A program made the translations under genes and the position numbers. Below the pieces are notes generated by a model. The model was not told the DNA's origin, made no database searches, and worked only from the letters and a program-made list of their open reading frames with translations. DNA of 64,000 bases from the human T2T-CHM13v2.0 reference genome, Homo sapiens. Positions 56,226-64,000 of the stretch are shown in pieces (within the stretch, counting starts at the first letter, position 1; each line of letters starts with the position of its first letter). The DNA lies in assembly GCF_009914755.1 (NCBI RefSeq), contig NC_060926.1; one strand, given 5' to 3'.

Positions 56226-57740
56226 TCCGTGTTCACACTGTCTCCAGCACTGGATGTAGGAAAATCTCTTTTATTATCTTATTCCAAAATTTGCTCAATA
56301 TCTGAAAGGTAATCTTCAGATTCAGATCTGTGTGACTCTAAACAAATTTTGAAATTTTATACATATTGAAATTTTATACATTATATATGTATAAAATATA
56401 TACATATATATATTGCTAATGGTAAAACTATTACATGAACCTACCAAATTATCACTTGGGCTTACCATTGTCATTTTTACTACTAATAATGTAATTTTTA
56501 GGGTTGAATGTACCAACAACACTTTTAAACATTCTATATAATATTGCAAGCAGTTAATTTTGTTGGGTAGTTTCATAAGGCTATTTTTTATCCTCCTATA
56601 AAATATTTGAGTTTTTAAGGGAAGCCCCCCAAAATTGCTGTATCAGAAAAAAAATGGTTTTGTAATTGTGCCTCTAACTCTAAAATGGAATATTAAAAAT
56701 GATGGATAAAATTTTCACAATAGTACTTTAAGACATCTAGAAATTTGACAGATGATTGTCACGATTCAATCCCTTTTTCTTCATGTTTTGCAGTATAAAG
56801 CAATATTTTAATTGAGAAGCATTTGACAAAACAGAAATACATGCTGTATACCTCTTTATGCATCTGTTGAGATGTTCTTAAAGTCAGCATTGATTTGCAA
56901 AGGCCAAGTGCCCCACAGCCCACTGGAGAAGACTAGATACAATTCCACAAATGCTTACTACTGTGTCGAAATTTGTAGCAGTTGCTCTGATTTTAGGTAT
57001 GGATATGCAGATGAATAAGTCATGTCTCCTTTCGTCACAGATTTTACAGTCTGGTGGAGAGACAAACATGTTTAATGTTATTTAGCACAGTATGTGCTAT
57101 GAGAGACACCTGTATATATCCCAGGGTTTATCACCAAGTGAAAATAAGTGATCTCAGGTTGACTGATACCTTAGCACAGAGTAAAATGAATTTGAGGCAG
57201 GAGCACGTTTTCTAAATGTTTTTGTGTGCTACAAGGCAAAGAGAAAACATACTGCTCAAGAAATAGGAGATAGTTGGGGAAAAGGCAATTTATACATGAA
57301 AGGTATGAGAAGCAATTCTGAAAGGAAGATAGAGATAAGAAATAAGGCATAAAACTACCACCCACTAATCGCCTTTCCCCAAAAAAATGAATAAGCAAAG
57401 GTCAAGATCAGGGGCTTTGAAAAGAGAAATGCTTGAACTAGAACATACACAATAGGTAAAACATATTTGCATTGGATCCACAAATGCAGAACAACCCCCG
57501 ATATCCCCAAGCCAACTTTTCAAATTTTTATAAAAATAGACTAGAATTAGGCCAATTTAAATCATCACTTATTTGTTGTTGCAGCCAACATTTGGATAGT
57601 TATTAGCATCATTCATTCCTGAAGCATGTATTGAATGCCTACTATGTTCCACACAATTCAATAACAAATAAAATCAAGCTTAGAGCCAAGTGAGGCTCTA
57701 ATAACTTCGAAATGGCGATATCTTCATCTATCCTATTTAT

Positions 57741-57994
57741 TGAGAATTGTCTATGTTTAGAGCACGGTAGCAGGGTACAATATAGCCAAATGCTGTCGCT
57801 CTACATAGGAAAACACACCGAGTTTTATCTGCTACTGGTTTTCAGCTGCCAGCAGTTCTGGAAAATTTGAGAATTGTCTATGTTTAGAGCACGGTAGCAG
57901 GGTACAATATAGCCAAATGCTGTTGCTCCACATAGGAAAACACACCGAGTTTTATCTGCTACTGGTTTTCAGCTGCCAGCAGTTCTGGAAAATT
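57741..57994. repeat. Tandem duplication, 2 x 127 bp
   Basis: 57741-57867 versus 57868-57994 are identical except for two C/T differences. Confidence 0.96.
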
Positions 57995-60900
57995 GCATCC
58001 TAATGACAGATGCTACTATTTAAAATGAAAACTGATTTTTTTTTTTTGGTAAAAGAGACTGAGAGAAAAACAAGTTTTAGACAAATTCCAAAGCATGAAA
58101 GAATGCTCATCCCAACCATTTCTGTGGGAAGAATATCTAGAATGTGGTTGGCAGCCAAATAGCCATATAACTGTGTAATTGCAAGCTGAGTAGAGAAAGA
58201 GACTAGCGTCAAGTGGGAGATATTCCAGGGACAAGTAGAAATTCAAGGGAAAAACGCACCGTGGGGTCACAGAATAAGTCTTTTCACAAATCCTGTGACA
58301 AATGCTGTTTGCCACATGTACTTAATATCTAATTGGAAAGATAATTCTGGCTGTCTTTAGCTCTCAGGGCTCTTAGGAGTTTGATGTGACATACAGGTGT
58401 TAAAGTACGTAAAAAATGTTAAACACCAGATAAATGGAAAGGTTTGTGATTAAAAATTAAGTTTCACCGCATTGAGAAATGCCACAAGTAGGCAGACTTG
58501 CAGAAGTATTGTCTTCAAAGATGTGGAATGAGCTATGTGGAATGAACCAAGAATAAAACATTCCTCATAATTGTGCCCATGCTTAAAGCCATTGCCACCA
58601 GCAGTAACTTTATCAAAAGAGGGCATAATCAGTCAGAAGCAAACAATTTCAAATCACTGCAAATATCATGTGACCCATCTGAAGAGCCATTTTGCCACAC
58701 TTTTAAATGTGTTTTTCTCCTGATGGATGATTAAATAGGCAGTTAATGTCCTTTTTCCTTGAGTGATTGAAGGACACTAAGTCAAAATTACAATTTAGAC
58801 AAGACAAGGAATTCTGCACTGATGTTCTAATAGCACACGATATTTGAAATGATGATTTATACTCCAGTCCTTCTTGACAGGATGTGCCTCATGCTGAGGA
58901 TGTCTGTCTGTCTGTCTGTCTGTCTGCCTGATTCATTGGCACATGTCTTTTTGTCTGGACTTAGTACTGGTTCTCCATGAAGTAGGACCCTTTACAACTA
59001 GAAAACTTACCCTTACCCCCACCATGTCTCTGGGCTGAAAACTAATAGTCCCACCAAAACTGTGGCCAGAGTTGTTGGAAGACTCTTCCTATAATTAATA
59101 TCCTATAAACTTAATTCTCTTCAACAAACATTCATTAGATACTAACTCTCTTTGTTAAGTACTATAGACTACACACCACACAAGGATAAGCCTCCAGAAA
59201 TTTATCAGCTGCTAAGAGAGATAAACCATGTACATCAGTGTGGTAAGATATTTTGTATTAACCGTCTGCCTCTGCTACCCCTCCTCCTGGGTCCTCACAC
59301 CCACTCTGTGTACCCAGTTAGATTTCATATGCCAATTTCCTTGGAGAAGCACTCCATGGAGAACTGAGAAACAACAAAATGAAATGCTTTGCTCTTAAGT
59401 TCTAATGATGAAATCCATGGAGATCTTGATCCAAATAAATAAATAAATAATCTATGATCCAGCTTGTTATCTCCCAACTGAAACTACACAAAGGATCTAC
59501 AGAGCAGGTGAAAGAATGAGGCAGTGGTCCACATTAACTAAAATGAGCTTGATAAGGACAGACCGCTGAGCCCCGCTTGGCAGGCGCGTCAGTAACCAGC
59601 ATCAGGGAGTCAGTGGAACTGTTCTTCTCCTACGGAACCTCAGGTCTTCGTGCAGATAAGCCCTGTACATTGCCTGTGAAAAGAAGTTCTATCAGCTTTC
59701 CTTCTCTTTGTCATTTGATGAGGCTTTTTAATCACTTTAAACTCCCAGCTCCCATCACCGTATCTTTTTTATGTGGACAAGCCTCTTTCCAAAAACCCAG
59801 GACACAGGATGGAGTCCTGGACCCCCCAAAAAATGGCAGTGATGGGAAGGGAAAAGTCCCACAACCAAGAAAGATGGGATTTAGCAGAAGCAACTGAAAA
59901 TCTTCCACTAGTTGAGGCAGTGCTAAAACCAATGCTCATTTGACACAAATGTTTTCTTAGGCGTATTCCATGGACCACCAATATACTGTAAGGTGAAAGT
60001 GTCTTTATTATTAAAAATTCATAATTCCATAGTTAAGCAAGCTCTCAAATGTTTTATATTCTAAATCCTTCCATAAATGTCTCAAGACTCCAAGAAACAT
60101 ATAGTAGGGGAAAATTACAATTTCCCAAATTTAAACGATCACAAAATTCTTTGTCAAGAAACATCAATCTTACAGTACACTAATGTTCCATGGACAACAG
60201 TCTTGAATAAATATTATTTACCATGAAATATATTGCGTATCTATTATGAGTTAAATACTAATCTAAAAGAATAAACTAGAAAGCAGTGTTAACCTTACCA
60301 GAGACGCAGATTAAATGTTGCAGAGATTCAAAGGAAAGAAACCTCATTCCTAGCCAAGACGTATAGGCGGTGATTTCAGGAACATGGCATTTAGGTATGG
60401 TCTTGAAAATCAGGCAGCTTTTGAATATTGGGGGGTGGATGGGGGAAAGTTATGCTGTGATGAGAAAATAGCAGAACAGGTATACCAAGGGGAAGAGAAC
60501 CAGCATGAAGAAGAGAAAGTAGCTTTTCTTGGCTGTAGAATAGGAAACCCAAACAGATTAACAGATATGACAAGGCAGAAGAGGCTGATTGGGGCCAAAT
60601 ATGGGGAGCAGTGATTTCAAAACAAAGTTTGATCTTTACTTCATAGAAATAACCATGACCTGCTCCAGGTTAATAAGCAAAATAATCACACTTCTAAGGC
60701 ATGACTTTCACATCATCCAATTAACATATTCATGATGCACATATTATCATATTGCATTCATGAGTAACGTAGAGTTAACCCTCCAGTTAAAACTGTGAGA
60801 CAGAAAAAACATATTTTTTGTCACTACCCTTTTTTTCTGCTCTGTGCAACTTCGCTAGAATTAACTGTGGTCCTATCTTCTGAGTACATACTAATTAGAC

Positions 60901-62284
60901 TTCCTGCCACCTAAGAATCTTTGCTATCCTCATTTTTCTTCCTCATGGATATTTTTCATTTTTCCTCACCTCTCTCTGCTATTATCTATGCACCTCTCCA
61001 CTTTTCAATTATTCTACATATTTAACAAGTTCCCAAGAGAGAAGAGTGTCCAACTGGTGCATTTTATTTGACAATAGCTGGTATTTATGTAATGAGTGCT
61101 GCTATGTGGCAAGTTTTTCTTGCATACATTTATTTTTAAGAAACACACATTAATAATTCCCCTGTGCAAGAGATGAAGGTAAGAGGTAATAGTAATTTAC
61201 ACAATACAAACCAGAAGTTCCAATTTATGCCTGTCAGACTACAAGGTGCATTCGTAACTCTGGTAACAATTTATTTCTGGGCCTTCAGAGACAAGGTTGC
61301 TTACCTTCCTAAGTAACTCTAATTAAAACAACAACAACAAAGTTTTAAGGAGGTTGAGGATGAAAATTTGGCCTTAGAAAAAACAAAGGATTATCTAAGG
61401 TTTGCCTATTCCGTTCATTCAATAGGCCACTCTGCTTAAAAATTTAAGAATTCGCTAAACCTCAGTCCACTCTGTTAACAATATTCATTGGAATATTAAA
61501 TGTTTATTTATTTATTTATTTTTGTCTAAAGGATATTTGGGAAGTATACTGTATCAAAGCAGCAGAAAAGGAGCTGTAATAGTTACTTTTCAGTGTAATA
61601 CTAAGCAGTTAATTTTTTTAAAGAATGATTTCGCGGATTTTTAAATAACCTGATTTTATAAGGTAAGCAAAACCTACTTAATAAATGAACCAAGTCTAAA
61701 ATCTACCTATAACTTACCAGCAGAAAACTTAAAAATAACTACATTATTATATTTCAAAGTATTCTTAAAAACTTGAATTAGCCTCTGTAAAACTGTAAAA
61801 ATACAAAATAATTGATTAAGGAATAATATATAAAAGATGGGAAAGGACATAGCTTATGAGAAGAAAAAATTAAATAGAGAAAAGGAAATAGTGTGATACT
61901 AATTCAGTTGAGTAAAAATTCAGTTATTCATTGTTTTTCTTACCAGAAATATGACAGTTAGGCAAACTACTTAAACTCTGTGTTTTAGCTTTCTCATCTA
62001 CAAAAAGAGATATGAATAGTTCCTACTTCCTATATAGTTGTTGAGAAGTTACAAGTAGTTCATAATTGTCAAGGGTAGAGGAAGTGTTCAGGATGTAGTA
62101 TGAGCCATTTAAGTATTGACTACTATTGTTACTAAAGGGACTGAAAATGACAACTATGAGTATTTTGCATTTTGCTTGAAAAATAAAACGACGTGTGGAT
62201 ACAAAAGTATTAAATATTTGCAAAATTCACAATCTATGACGAATTACACAAATGTGGATGACAATGGTCGAAGAATTGAAGCAC

Positions 62285-62700
62285 TATGGTGATCATTAGA
62301 GACTCACCAGACCCCTTCCTTCTCCTTGGGCACACAGTAGGATTTCATTTCTCAGCCTTATATTGCAACTAGGTGAGTCCACGTGACTTGAGTGTTGTCC
62401 ATTGGAACATGCACAAGAGGTATGTGGGTCACTTCCAAATGTAAAATGTCAAAATCTCCCACAGTATCCTTGGTGTGTTCTCACTCCTCATATCCTGGGC
62501 AGATGCCAAAGGAGATTTCACTGGCATTGGGAGATCTCAGAGACAGAGAGAGCCTGTGTGCTCTAATGATGGTGCAGTGAACAGCCTCCACTTCCCAACT
62601 TGCCATCTCACATTTTGATCACGTCATGAACATTTTTTGTTTTAAGCCACTTTGGTTTCGAACTTATTTTTCACAGGAATTAGCCTACTATAACTGACAG
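62285..62700 (+). mobile_element. MLT1J-like old MaLR LTR
   Basis: ccttgggcacacagtagg...catttctcagcct...ttgcaactaggtg...cacgtgact; 3' end tttaagccact...tagccta...actgaca. Confidence 0.65.
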
Positions 62701-62846
62701 AGTAACGAAAAAGTATTCAAACAGGAATTGGGACACTTGTGTCCAAATTGCCTTTCTCACGTTTACTAACTATGTAACCCCAGGGATTTACTCAATCTCT
62801 GAATTTTCTTTTCTTTGCTGTAAAACTCCTATTATAAAAGTTGTAG

Positions 62847-64000
<1,154 letters not shown>

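Overview
This window is AT-rich, CpG-depleted primate (human-like) non-coding DNA, either intronic or intergenic, and is dense in interspersed repeats. I found no recognisable host protein-coding gene, RNA gene, CpG island or CRISPR-like array, and no convincing novel multi-gene system. The only protein-coding relics are transposon-derived: a decayed hAT/Buster-type transposase inside a near full-length Charlie3-like DNA transposon (38668-41718, interrupted by a THE1 LTR) and a disrupted L1 ORF2 at the right edge. Other landmarks are a ~1.75-kb 29-bp VNTR with higher-order structure, a MER11 solo LTR, several Alus, MaLR LTRs, MER DNA-transposon fossils, a symmetric MADE1 hairpin and a 127-bp near-perfect tandem duplication. 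Repeat family names come from my recall of consensus sequences, not from a RepeatMasker/Dfam run, so subfamily calls and the edges of old elements are approximate.
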